From Cryomorphaceae bacterium (GTDB lineage Bacteria > Bacteroidota > Bacteroidia > Flavobacteriales > ECT2AJA-044): DNA of 24,000 bases. Shown here piece after piece: positions 1 through 8,785 of the stretch (positions are counted from its first letter, which is position 1; the number at the start of each line of letters is the position of its first letter). Location: NCBI GenBank assembly GCA_017798125.1, contig CP059070.1, positions 2,820,423 to 2,844,422 of the forward strand, written 5' to 3'. Made by a program: the position numbers and the translations under genes. The notes under the pieces are model-generated. The model did not search any database, was not told the origin of the DNA, and saw only the letters and a program-made list of their open reading frames with translations.

Positions 1-1272
1 GATGACTTCAGCCGTAACGTCGGGTTTGTTGTAGTATCCCATCATGACGTTTGGTCCTTTCACAAGGATTTCGCCGTCGTCCGCAATCTTCACTTCAACA
101 TCTTCGAGTATCGGCCCCACCGTTCCAATGCGGCGGTCATTGTCGTTATCACCGTTTACAGAAACTACAGGAGAGGTTTCGGTCAATCCGTATCCTTCCT
201 GCACCGGAATGCCCGCAGCTAAGAAGATCCGAGCCAACTTGGGATTTAACGCGGCACTTCCAGAGGCAACTGCTTTCACCTTACCTCCAAGCGCTTCTTG
301 CCACTTGCTGAAGATTAGTTTTCGGGCAATACCCAGCTTCATTTTATAGAAGGCTGACTTTCCGACCACATCGTATTCTTCTCCTACGCTTACCGCCCAG
401 AAAAAGAGTGCTTTTTTAACACCAGTCAATTCCTCTCCCTTGGCGATTATGCGGTCGTATACTTTCTCCAAAAGTCGTGGCACGGCCGTAAAGACTTCGG
501 GTTGCACTTCGCGAATATCATCCCCGATCGTGTCCAGTGATTCAGCGTAGTACAAGGACACTCCTGAATAGACATATAAGTAGATAATCATTCGCTCATA
601 GATGTGGCAGAGCGGCAAGAAGCTCACTCCTTTTGCCTGAGCATCTACCGGAAGGCGTGGACGGCTGCCCATCACGTTGCTCACAATATTGCTGTGGCTG
701 AGCATCACCCCTTTAGGCGTCCCGGTCGTACCCGAGGTGTAAATCAGGGTCGCTAGGTCTTCATATTTGACCTTATCCATGAGTTCTTTCACCTCAGATT
801 GATTGCTCGCATCTTCCCCAAGAGCCAGTACTTCGGACCAGTTCTTTGCTCCCTCAACCTCATCAAAGGTGTAGACCTCGCCGAGTGATGGAATTTCGGG
901 CTTGCACCGCATAACCTTTTCGTATAGCTCACGATCCGACACAAAACAGAGCTTGATGCCCGCATCGTTAAAGATGTACTTGTAATCAGATTCTGAGGCC
1001 GTCGGATAAATCGGCACGTCCTGTGCTCCAATTTGAAGTATTCCCATGTCAACGATGTTCCACTCCGTACGGTTGTTGGAAATCATCGCGATTTTATCAT
1101 CGGGCCGCAGGCCCATACGCAGCAGGGCACGAGAAATTTTATTGGCTTGGTCGACGAATTCTTGGGTAGAAGTATGGACCCATTTCCCATTCACTTTGCT
1201 GGCGATGGCATCCTTCTTGGGGTGATGTGCCAAGGCGTAATAAGGGAAGTCAAAGAGCCTTTTAATTTCCAT
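1..1272 (-). CDS. Long-chain fatty acid--CoA ligase (AMP-forming acyl-CoA synthetase), partial; the C-terminus lies beyond the window start
   Basis: This ORF is absent from the ORF track because it runs off the window edge. My manual reverse-complement translation from the ATG (complement of 1270-1272) stays open to position 1. It begins [39 protein letters not shown]. It contains the AMP-binding signature [18 protein letters not shown] and the [11 protein letters not shown] motif typical of FadD/FACS enzymes. Confidence 0.85.
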   Translation of the reverse strand, partial: MEIKRLFDFPYYALAHHPKKDAIASKVNGKWVHTSTQEFVDQANKISRALLRMGLRPDDKIAMISNNRTEWNIVDMGILQIGAQDVPIYPTASESDYKYIFNDAGIKLCFVSDRELYEKVMRCKPEIPSLGEVYTFDEVEGAKNWSEVLALGEDASNQSEVKELMDKVKYEDLATLIYTSGTTGTPKGVMLSHSNIVSNVMGSRPRLPVDAQAKGVSFLPLCHIYERMIIYLYVYSGVSLYYAESLDTIGDDIREVQPEVFTAVPRLLEKVYDRIIAKGEELTGVKKALFFWAVSVGEEYDVVGKSAFYKMKLGIARKLIFSKWQEALGGKVKAVASGSAALNPKLARIFLAAGIPVQEGYGLTETSPVVSVNGDNDNDRRIGTVGPILEDVEVKIADDGEILVKGPNVMMGYYNKPDVTAEVI

Positions 1273-1352
1273 ATCGGTCGTTTTTTCTTTCAATTCAGTT
1301 CCTAAATATAACCGAAAGAACTTTTTTGGTTCATGCTCTGACCAATCTTTGG

Positions 1353-1370
1353 TATTTTTGCGGCAAATTC
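1353..1370 (+). promoter_or_regulatory. purL promoter: Bacteroidota -7 box TAttTTTG (1353-1360), overlapped by the palindrome TTTGC-G-GCAAA (1357-1367)
   Basis: The sequence matches the TAnnTTTG consensus exactly, 18 nt upstream of ATG 1379. A TTTG (1325-1328) is a possible -33 element. The same 14 nt, TTTGCGGCAAATTC, recurs upstream of purK at 22281-22294. Confidence 0.55.
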
Positions 1371-1378
1371 TGACATCG

Positions 1379-3616
1379 ATGACCGATACCAACACGCGAC
1401 TCACCACTCTAGAAGATGCCCAAAACCTCGGGCTACTTGAATCTGAATACGAATTGATCCAGGAGCGCCTCGGTCGCGTTCCCAACTTCACGGAGTTGAG
1501 CGTCTATTCAGTGATGTGGAGCGAGCACTGCTCGTACAAAAATTCCATCCTCTGGTTGAAGAAATTGCCGAAGGACGGACCGCATATGTTGGTGGAGGCC
1601 GGTGAAGAAAATGCCGGGTTGGTCGATATTGGAGATGGATTGGCGTGCGCCTTCAAAATTGAGTCGCACAACCACCCATCGGCCTTGGAGCCTTACCAAG
1701 GTGCAGCGACTGGTGTGGGCGGAATTAACCGCGACATCTTTACCATGGGTGCTCGTCCGATTGCTCAGTTGAACTCGCTTCGATTCGGAAACTTGGAAGA
1801 AGCGCGGACAAAGTGGTTGCTCGAAGGTGTGACCAAAGGAATTGGAGACTATGGAAACGCCTTTGGTATTCCAATCGTTGGTGGTGAGGTGTACTTCGAT
1901 GAAAGCTACAACCAGAACCCATTGGTGAATGCTTTTTCGGCCGGTATTATGGAAGTCGGCGAAATGATCAGCGCTACTTCTAGCGGTGCGGGCAATCCGG
2001 TATACATCGTTGGTTCATCGACCGGAAAAGACGGAATTCACGGAGCCGCTTTTGCCTCTAAAGACATTACCGAAGAGTCAGCAGAAGACTTACCCGCTGT
2101 ACAGGTGGGAGATCCGTTCCAAGAAAAACTCCTCCTCGAGGCGACATTGGAATTGGCGAAGACGGACTGCATCGTCGGAATGCAGGATATGGGTGCTGCT
2201 GGTATCACCTGTTCGAGCTGCGAAATGAGCGCGGCTGGTGAGCACGGTATGGACCTCTGGTTGGACAAAGTTCCTACCCGTCAAGACAATATGCAGGCCT
2301 GGGAGATTTTGCTCAGCGAATCGCAAGAGCGCATGCTGGTGGTCGTGAAAAAAGGCACGGAGAAAGAAGTTGAGGCCATCTTTGACAAGTGGGATTTGAA
2401 CTGCGCGGAGATCGGTGTGGTCACTGAGGGCGGTCAAGTACGCTACTTCATGAATGATGAGCTCGTGGCGGAAGTCCCTGCAGAGCACTTAGTGTTGGGC
2501 GGCGGAGCTCCACAATACGAGCGCGAGTACAAAGAGCCTGCCTACTACGAGGAATACAAGAAATTCGACATCAACAGTGTTTCCGAGCCTTCAGACCTGG
2601 TTGCTGTTGCTAAGAAACTCATGGGTGCACCGAACATCGCATCGAAGAAGTGGGTCTACGAACAGTACGACTCCATGGTGGGAACCGTGAACATGAGCAC
2701 CAACCAACCCACCGACGCAGGATTGGTCAACATTAAAGACACCGATCGTGCACTGGCCTTTACGGTAGATTGTAATTCTCGCTACGTCCATGCGGACCCA
2801 GAAGTGGGAACAGCCATCGCTGTATCTGAGGCTGCACGTAATATCGTTTGTTCGGGAGGAGAGCCCAGTGCCATCACGAACTGCCTGAACTTCGGTAATC
2901 CATATAATCCTGAAGCCTACTGGCAGTTTGTCGGGGCCATCAAGGGGATGAGTGCCGCATGTGAGAAGTTCCAAACCCCCGTCACGGGAGGTAATGTGAG
3001 CTTCTACAACCAAAGTGTCATCGGTGATGAGACCGTACCGGTTCACCCAACTCCGACGATTGGTATGATGGGAATCGTTCAGGACAAAAAGAACATCACC
3101 CCACTCGGGTTTCAGAAGAAGGGAGATTTGATCTATCTCATCGGTGACCCAAAAGAAGATATCTCGAGCTCTGAGTACCTGGTGCATCACCACGGCATCA
3201 AGGCCAGTCCAGCACCGCATTTTGACTTGGACGAGGAGTTCAACATGCAAGATGCTCTGAAGAAACTGATTAAAGCGGGTACCATCAGCTCCGCACATGA
3301 CGTGAGTGAGGGAGGACTATTCGTCGCCTTGGCAGAAGCTTCTTTCGTTAACGACCTCGGATTCGATGTCTTAACCGACAGCGAGATTCGCGAAGACGCC
3401 TACCTCTTTGGGGAAAGCCAAAGCCGCGTTGTGGTGAGTGTAGATCCCGATGAGGAAGATGACTTCATCACCATCTTAATGGATGCGGGAGTGCGCTTTA
3501 CGCTCTTGGGACATGTAACCAAAGGGAAGTTTGTCGTAGACGAGCAGCCTTATGGAATGGTGAATGAATACAAAGAAGTTCACTCAGAGAGCATTGGCCT
3601 TCAGATGGCCCACTAA
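1379..3616 (+). CDS. purL: Phosphoribosylformylglycinamidine synthase subunit PurL (small, PurQ/PurS-dependent type)
   Basis: The ORF track gives a 755-aa ORF. It has the motifs [13 protein letters not shown] and [24 protein letters not shown], plus a duplicated AIR-synthase-like architecture, all typical of PurL. I moved the start from TTG 1349 to the in-frame ATG 1379 (MTDTNTRL...) because the -7 box at 1353-1360 lies downstream of 1349. Confidence 0.93.
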   Translation: MTDTNTRLTTLEDAQNLGLLESEYELIQERLGRVPNFTELSVYSVMWSEHCSYKNSILWLKKLPKDGPHMLVEAGEENAGLVDIGDGLACAFKIESHNHPSALEPYQGAATGVGGINRDIFTMGARPIAQLNSLRFGNLEEARTKWLLEGVTKGIGDYGNAFGIPIVGGEVYFDESYNQNPLVNAFSAGIMEVGEMISATSSGAGNPVYIVGSSTGKDGIHGAAFASKDITEESAEDLPAVQVGDPFQEKLLLEATLELAKTDCIVGMQDMGAAGITCSSCEMSAAGEHGMDLWLDKVPTRQDNMQAWEILLSESQERMLVVVKKGTEKEVEAIFDKWDLNCAEIGVVTEGGQVRYFMNDELVAEVPAEHLVLGGGAPQYEREYKEPAYYEEYKKFDINSVSEPSDLVAVAKKLMGAPNIASKKWVYEQYDSMVGTVNMSTNQPTDAGLVNIKDTDRALAFTVDCNSRYVHADPEVGTAIAVSEAARNIVCSGGEPSAITNCLNFGNPYNPEAYWQFVGAIKGMSAACEKFQTPVTGGNVSFYNQSVIGDETVPVHPTPTIGMMGIVQDKKNITPLGFQKKGDLIYLIGDPKEDISSSEYLVHHHGIKASPAPHFDLDEEFNMQDALKKLIKAGTISSAHDVSEGGLFVALAEASFVNDLGFDVLTDSEIREDAYLFGESQSRVVVSVDPDEEDDFITILMDAGVRFTLLGHVTKGKFVVDEQPYGMVNEYKEVHSESIGLQMAH

Positions 3617-5880
3617 TTGACTTCCTGTAAATACTGAAGATATCGTTTCGCAGCTGTGCGGAAACGATAATTGTAGTGCTCGCTTGCGGCCTCGAGCTGC
3701 TCGCGCCAGCGTACGTCTTTACACTCCACGGTGCGCAGAGCGCGCCAAGCATTTTCCCGTGTTTGGCGATTGTAGGCCTCTGATCCAAAGCCCAGTAGGT
3801 ATTTCAGGGATTGATCCTCGCCGTCCAAGGCGTATTTCCACATGGCCCGACGCACTTCAAGATTGTTTCCATTATTTCCGGGATAGGTATCCTGAAGCAA
3901 GTAGGCAAAGCGCTCGGCATCGCGTTCCATTAAGTCGTCCAAAAGCGTTTCTAGGAATAGAGGGCTTCCTGTTTTCCAAAGCTCTGAGATGAGCGTGGAA
4001 TCCAAGAGGGATGGATCACCCTGCCCCAAGTACCAAGCGGTTTCGTACAGCTCTTCTCGACTCGATTGCAGCCATTGTGTACCGACTTGCACTGCCTCTT
4101 CGGGATAGTAAATAAAGTTGCGGGCCCAAAGCTTTCGAAGGTCATCGTCCAGCGGCATGGCGGTCAGCCAATCTTCGGCTGGAGCCAGACCAGGGAATCT
4201 ACTGAGTTCTTTCAGGGCTTGGGCTCTGGAAAAGTAATGTGCGGTATCCTGACTTATGGCCAAAAGCTCTTCCATGGTGTAGGGATGCACAAACTGTTTG
4301 AGCACGATTCCGTCTGGATCGTAGAGGATGTAGGCAATCCTCTGTCCTTCGGGAAGGCTCACCGTCCATCGGTGTTGGCGATCTACAACGAATTCCCGAC
4401 CGCTCAAACGGCCTCCGCCTTCCAGTACGATTTCCCAGTTCCAACCGAAGCGGAAGGGCTCGGATTCTTGAAATTGGTTGAGGGTGAATCCGTAGACCGT
4501 CTGTTCTTCTGAACGCGTGGTGTCTACATCGACCCGTAGGGTCGGAACACCGGCCTCATAAATCCACTGGTCCCAAAACCAGCCCAGGGATCGGCCGGCG
4601 ACATCGCTGAAGTAGTTGAGCAACTCCTCCGAGTCTACCAGTCCGAATCCGTTTTCAATGACGTATTGGGAAATGACCCGGCGGAACACCACGTCTCCCA
4701 CTTCTTCGCGGAGCATGTCCAGGACGAGGCGGCCCTTTTGATAGTGAATCAGGGATCCTGCCGCGTTGTGTTGAAGCGGGTAAGCGTTGGACGACTCCCG
4801 GGTGGTGACCAGTCCGTAATCGCGCCAGCGTCTGTAATCGGCGACTTCATCCCCGAGCATGGCGCGCTCACCTAGGGCGCCGTAATAGGTCGCAAACCCC
4901 TCTTGCAACCAATGATCATGGCCGGTTCGTGCGGTCAGCCAATCTCCAAACCAATGGTGGGCCATTTCGTGGGCGTTGACATAGACGTAATTTTCATCGA
5001 TCCGCGAGCGCCAATCCACCATGTACCGGTCATTTAATACGACCGCAGTCGTGTTCTCCATGGCGCCATAAAGAAAGTACTCAACAGGAGCTTGACGATA
5101 AGCGGACCACGGGTAGGCCACGCCGATTTCCTCTTCCAAATAGGACAAGAGTTGGTTGGTCTCCACAAAGGTGGGTTCTGCCTGTTCCGGAAGGTCGGGA
5201 TAGAAGTAATTTTCAACGGGCGTGCCGAAGGGACTCCGCTGACGCATAACATCGTACTCCCCAATGATCAGGGCCATGAGGTAGGTGCTCTGTGGCCGAT
5301 TCATGGCGTATTTCCAATACGTCTTTCTACCTCGCTCTTCTTTGACTTCCAAGGCCCCATTACTGATCACTTCAAAGTCCTTGTCGAACTCGAGGGCAAT
5401 GGACGTGACCACTTTGTCGTGCTGAAGGTCAAAACAGGGCACCCAGTGCCGGTTTTTGATTCCCTGACCTTGGGTCCAGATTTGCTTCAGGCCGTTTCCA
5501 TCCCATCCGTTGAAATACATCCCCTTTTTTGGAAAGGCCTCGTAGATAATGGTCATTTGGCTTTCGCCCTTCACGGGCGGATGCGGGAACACATGCACCC
5601 CTTGCTCATCCTGACGAAAGCGGAGCTCCACTCCATTGATCACGACCGACTCAATTTCCATATCTCGGGCGTGCAGATACATAGAATCCACACTGGCCCT
5701 CAAGGGAGAAAAGGTATAGGCCACCGTTCCCCGTACGCGTTTCTTCTTCGGTTGAAGTTCCAATTCCAGATCAAGGGTGTGAAAGTCCACCACGCGCTCC
5801 ACCGGAATTTGGGTGGAATCGTACTCTTGCCCAGAGGCGAAAAGTGAAGAAAACAGTAGGAGATACAGCAGGTTCTTCAT
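3613..5880 (-). CDS. M1-family zinc aminopeptidase (aminopeptidase N-like), secreted
   Basis: It carries the GAMEN exopeptidase motif ([11 protein letters not shown]). It also has the gluzincin site [10 protein letters not shown]...WLQEGFATY (HEXXH-X18-E). I chose the ATG at the complement of 5878-5880, which yields a signal peptide [18 protein letters not shown]. The track start at 5940 adds 20 non-signal residues. The C-terminal ~250 aa look like a helical repeat domain. Confidence 0.9.
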   Translation of the reverse strand: MKNLLYLLLFSSLFASGQEYDSTQIPVERVVDFHTLDLELELQPKKKRVRGTVAYTFSPLRASVDSMYLHARDMEIESVVINGVELRFRQDEQGVHVFPHPPVKGESQMTIIYEAFPKKGMYFNGWDGNGLKQIWTQGQGIKNRHWVPCFDLQHDKVVTSIALEFDKDFEVISNGALEVKEERGRKTYWKYAMNRPQSTYLMALIIGEYDVMRQRSPFGTPVENYFYPDLPEQAEPTFVETNQLLSYLEEEIGVAYPWSAYRQAPVEYFLYGAMENTTAVVLNDRYMVDWRSRIDENYVYVNAHEMAHHWFGDWLTARTGHDHWLQEGFATYYGALGERAMLGDEVADYRRWRDYGLVTTRESSNAYPLQHNAAGSLIHYQKGRLVLDMLREEVGDVVFRRVISQYVIENGFGLVDSEELLNYFSDVAGRSLGWFWDQWIYEAGVPTLRVDVDTTRSEEQTVYGFTLNQFQESEPFRFGWNWEIVLEGGGRLSGREFVVDRQHRWTVSLPEGQRIAYILYDPDGIVLKQFVHPYTMEELLAISQDTAHYFSRAQALKELSRFPGLAPAEDWLTAMPLDDDLRKLWARNFIYYPEEAVQVGTQWLQSSREELYETAWYLGQGDPSLLDSTLISELWKTGSPLFLETLLDDLMERDAERFAYLLQDTYPGNNGNNLEVRRAMWKYALDGEDQSLKYLLGFGSEAYNRQTRENAWRALRTVECKDVRWREQLEAASEHYNYRFRTAAKRYLQYLQEVN
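3641..3669 (+). terminator. Hairpin 25 nt downstream of the purL stop, embedded in the 3' coding end of the convergent aminopeptidase gene; possible purL terminator without a U-tract
   Basis: TATCGTTTC (3641-3649) pairs perfectly with GAAACGATA (3661-3669). An inner GCA/TGC extension around a GCTG loop is possible. No T-run follows the stem, so the assignment is weak. Confidence 0.25.
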
Positions 5881-5963
5881 TCGTTTGACCTTTACACCAT
5901 TTTGGTAAGGCCCTGAATTTCCAGGACACATTAATTTCACAAGGGTCGAAAAGTAAGAATATT

Positions 5964-5971
5964 TAGCTTTG
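5964..5971 (+). promoter_or_regulatory. recG -7 box TAgcTTTG, 4 nt upstream of the ATG
   Basis: This is an exact TAnnTTTG match. Only CCCT separates it from ATG 5976. Confidence 0.45.
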
Positions 5972-5975
5972 CCCT

Positions 5976-8087
5976 ATGTCCTCTTCGCAGCACATTCTGT
6001 ACGGCCCTATCGAGTACCTCAAGGGGGTAGGTCCGCAGCGCGGGGAGCTGCTCAAAAGCGAACTGGGCATTCACCGCCTCGGCGATTTACTCTACCTCTT
6101 TCCCTTCCGGTACATCGACCGGACCCAGTATCATAAGATTGTGGACCTACGGTCCGATGTGACCGAAGTCCAACTGGTCGGCCGCATCGTTCAAATTGAA
6201 GAAGTCGGTCACGGTCGTCAAAAACGCCTGGTTGCCCGATTCGAAGACGAAACAGGCCAGATTGACCTCGTTTGGTTTCAAGGCGGAAAGTGGATCAAAA
6301 ACACCCTTCAGATCAACGAGCGATACGTGGTTTTTGGCAAGCCTAAGAACTTCAAGAATCGATACAACATCCCACACCCTGAACTCGAAAAGTGGGAAGA
6401 TCATGAGCGCTCGATTCGAAGCGCTCTTCAACCTGTCTATCCCAGCACAGAGAAACTCACCCAAAAGGGACTGCACAGCAAGGGTATTGGAAAGCTTCAG
6501 GAGGCCCTGTGGCAACAAGTTCAGGGCCTTGTGGGTGATACGGTCGACGTTTCGTTTCGAAAAGATCACCGCCTCCTTCCTTTAGAAGAGGCCCTGCTCA
6601 ACATCCATTTCCCACGAAACATCGAACTCCTGGAAAAAGCCCGCTTTAGACTCAAGTTCGAAGAGCTGTTTTTCATTCAAGTGGGTCTGGTCCAACAAAA
6701 GAGCCTGCGCCATCAAAAATTGGGCAGCTATTCCTTTGAAAAAATTGGAGCGGCCTTCAACGATTTCTACGCCCATGGACTACCCTTTGAATTGACAGGA
6801 GCCCAGAAAAGGGTGATCAAAGAAATTCGTCGTGACGTGGGGTCTGGACATCAGATGAACCGCTTGCTCCAAGGGGACGTGGGGTCCGGGAAAACCATCG
6901 TGGCGTTGATGACCATGTTCATGGCGCTGGACAACGGATACCAGGCCTGCTTGATGGCGCCTACGGAAATTTTGGCGCAGCAGCATTACCAGGGTTTGAG
7001 CGAACTCATCGGCCCGCAGGGCCATCGCATAGAACTCCTTACCGGATCGGTGAAAACTGCCGCTAGAAAGCCCATTCTCGCGGACTTAGCCAGCGGAGAT
7101 TTGCCCTTTATCGTGGGGACGCACGCGCTTTTGGAGGACAAGGTGAAGTTCAAAAATCTGGGTCTGGTAGTGATCGATGAGCAGCATCGTTTTGGTGTGG
7201 CGCAGCGGGCGAAAATGTGGAAAAAGAGCGCACTCCCACCGCACATTTTGGTCATGACGGCAACTCCCATTCCGCGGACGCTGGCGATGTCCCTCTATGG
7301 TGATCTCGACGCCTCCATCATCGATGAATTGCCGCCGGGTCGCAAGGAAATCAAGACCGTGCATCGGTATGACAGCAATCGCCTCGCCGTATTCGAATTC
7401 ATGCGACAGGAGATCAGCAAGGGTCGGCAGGTTTATGTGGTTTATCCCCTGATTAAAGAATCGGAAAAACTGGACTACAAGGACCTCATGGATGGTTATG
7501 AGAGCATTGTGCGACACTTCCCCCTCCCCGATTATCGCGTCGCTATTGTCCACGGTCAGATGAAACCGGAAGACAAGGAATTCGAGATGCAGCGTTTTGT
7601 CTCCGGGCAAGCCCAAATCATGGTGGCCACAACGGTCATTGAGGTGGGGGTGAATGTTCCCAATGCATCGGTCATGGTCATTGAGAGCGCTGAGCGTTTT
7701 GGCTTATCTCAATTGCACCAGCTCCGAGGTCGTGTGGGGCGCGGTGCCGATCAGAGTTACTGCGTGCTCTTGAGTAAGGACCAACTCAGTAAAGACGCCC
7801 AAACCCGTCTACAAACCATGGTCCGGACAACGGATGGTTTTGAGATTGCCGAGGTAGACATGCAGTTGCGCGGGCCTGGTGATTTAATGGGCACGCAACA
7901 GAGTGGTCTTTTGGACTTGCGGATTGCCGACGTGGCTCGAGATGGGCAAATCATGGCCCTCGCGAGAAGAGCAGCGGAAGCCCTGCTCTCCGGAGACCCC
8001 AATCTTGAAGGGGTGGTTTATCCCAAGGTTGTGTCGACTTTTAAGCGAAAAAACCAGAAAAAACTGCATTGGAGCCGAATTAGCTGA
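5976..8087 (+). CDS. recG: ATP-dependent DNA helicase RecG
   Basis: The protein is 703 aa. It has an N-terminal wedge/OB region, Walker A GDVGSGKT, a DEQH box (VVIDEQHRFG) and helicase motif VI QLHQLRGRVGRG. The size and domain order are typical of RecG. Confidence 0.95.
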   Translation: MSSSQHILYGPIEYLKGVGPQRGELLKSELGIHRLGDLLYLFPFRYIDRTQYHKIVDLRSDVTEVQLVGRIVQIEEVGHGRQKRLVARFEDETGQIDLVWFQGGKWIKNTLQINERYVVFGKPKNFKNRYNIPHPELEKWEDHERSIRSALQPVYPSTEKLTQKGLHSKGIGKLQEALWQQVQGLVGDTVDVSFRKDHRLLPLEEALLNIHFPRNIELLEKARFRLKFEELFFIQVGLVQQKSLRHQKLGSYSFEKIGAAFNDFYAHGLPFELTGAQKRVIKEIRRDVGSGHQMNRLLQGDVGSGKTIVALMTMFMALDNGYQACLMAPTEILAQQHYQGLSELIGPQGHRIELLTGSVKTAARKPILADLASGDLPFIVGTHALLEDKVKFKNLGLVVIDEQHRFGVAQRAKMWKKSALPPHILVMTATPIPRTLAMSLYGDLDASIIDELPPGRKEIKTVHRYDSNRLAVFEFMRQEISKGRQVYVVYPLIKESEKLDYKDLMDGYESIVRHFPLPDYRVAIVHGQMKPEDKEFEMQRFVSGQAQIMVATTVIEVGVNVPNASVMVIESAERFGLSQLHQLRGRVGRGADQSYCVLLSKDQLSKDAQTRLQTMVRTTDGFEIAEVDMQLRGPGDLMGTQQSGLLDLRIADVARDGQIMALARRAAEALLSGDPNLEGVVYPKVVSTFKRKNQKKLHWSRIS

Positions 8088-8088
8088 G

Positions 8089-8096
8089 TAATTTTG
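8089..8096 (+). promoter_or_regulatory. -7 box TAatTTTG, 4 nt upstream of ATG 8101
   Basis: This is an exact TAnnTTTG match. It is followed by CGGC and then the ATG. It contains TTTGCGGCA, a partial copy of the purL/purK element. Confidence 0.4.
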
Positions 8097-8100
8097 CGGC

Positions 8101-8730
8101 ATGCGACAAAAGCTCACCGACCGGCTGAACCGCATGTGGCATCGGTCGACCATTTATCACGTCTATTTCCGTCGTAGCGGATTCTACACTTTTCTAGGCA
8201 AGAACAGCATCAAGCTTGGAGGTACCTTGGTCCTCTTCGCCATAGCGCTTTTGGCTTTTCAACACTACGTCGGAGATGTCGGGGAATTCTTTGCTGGAAT
8301 TTTCTCCAGCATGAGCACCCGTGGTGTACTGACCCTTTTCTTTGTTAGTGAGACCATCTTGGGCATGATTCCTCCAGATTTTTTCATCCTTTGGGCTGGG
8401 AGTTTTGACGAACCCATGCGCATGGTTGCCGTCCTCGCCCTCATCAGCTATGGTGGAGGGTTCACGGCTTACCTGATTGGACGAAGAATCAGCTACACCC
8501 AGCGCGTGAATCATTATTTAAACACGAAATTCAAGCCTCAATTTGTCTTCCTAAATAAGTGGGGAGGCTTCTTTGTCTTGTTAGCGGCCATGTTCCCAAT
8601 TCCCTATGCTATTGCGTCTCTGGTGGCTGGAATCGTGCGCTTTCCAATGTTTCGCTTTCTGTTTTTTGGCTTGGCTCGTCTCCTTCGATTCTACCTATAC
8701 GCTCTGGCTCTCTTTCAGATCTCGAACTAA
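8101..8730 (+). CDS. Integral membrane protein, DedA/YqaA-like (VTT domain)
   Basis: The protein is 209 aa with about 5 hydrophobic spans. The segment FFVSETILGMIPPDFFILWAG resembles the re-entrant-loop motif of DedA/VTT proteins. The family call is by eye only. The start could instead be the internal Met at 8134. Confidence 0.5.
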   Translation: MRQKLTDRLNRMWHRSTIYHVYFRRSGFYTFLGKNSIKLGGTLVLFAIALLAFQHYVGDVGEFFAGIFSSMSTRGVLTLFFVSETILGMIPPDFFILWAGSFDEPMRMVAVLALISYGGGFTAYLIGRRISYTQRVNHYLNTKFKPQFVFLNKWGGFFVLLAAMFPIPYAIASLVAGIVRFPMFRFLFFGLARLLRFYLYALALFQISN

Positions 8731-8755
8731 GACCCTTTGCCTTGGGCCTTTTGCT

Positions 8756-8763
8756 TAAATTTG
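8756..8763 (+). promoter_or_regulatory. pheT -7 box TAaaTTTG
   Basis: This is an exact TAnnTTTG match, 22 nt upstream of ATG 8786. A TTTG at 8736-8739 is a possible -33 element. Confidence 0.4.
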
Positions 8764-8785
8764 ACCCTCATTAGAAAATCGACCG

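Noticed and set aside
1349-1378. The TTG start at 1349 for purL and the ATG at 5940 for the aminopeptidase, as listed in the ORF track
   Set aside because: Position 1349 lies upstream of the predicted -7 box (1353-1360). The 5940 start adds 20 residues ahead of a clean signal peptide that begins at the Met encoded at 5880.
1273-1378. Possible purine, ZTP or PRPP-type riboswitch upstream of purL, purK or purE
   Set aside because: The distance from the predicted -7 box to the start codon is only 14-18 nt at all three genes. That is far too short to hold a riboswitch aptamer, and no conserved aptamer-like stems are visible.
2591-3298. A 235-aa ORF on the - strand, antisense to purL
   Set aside because: It is a shadow ORF inside a highly conserved gene. 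It has no motifs and no promoter or start context.
5092-5847. A 251-aa ORF on the + strand, antisense to the M1 aminopeptidase gene
   Set aside because: It lies entirely inside a gene with unambiguous catalytic motifs on the other strand. Its low-complexity, Gly/His/Leu/Val-rich translation has no recognisable domain, which is typical of shadow ORFs in mid-GC genomes.
7086-7616. A 176-aa ORF on the - strand, antisense to recG (also 6147-6569, 6986-7270 and 7884-8153)
   Set aside because: All of these are nested in the recG coding frame, which carries the helicase motifs. The translations look random.
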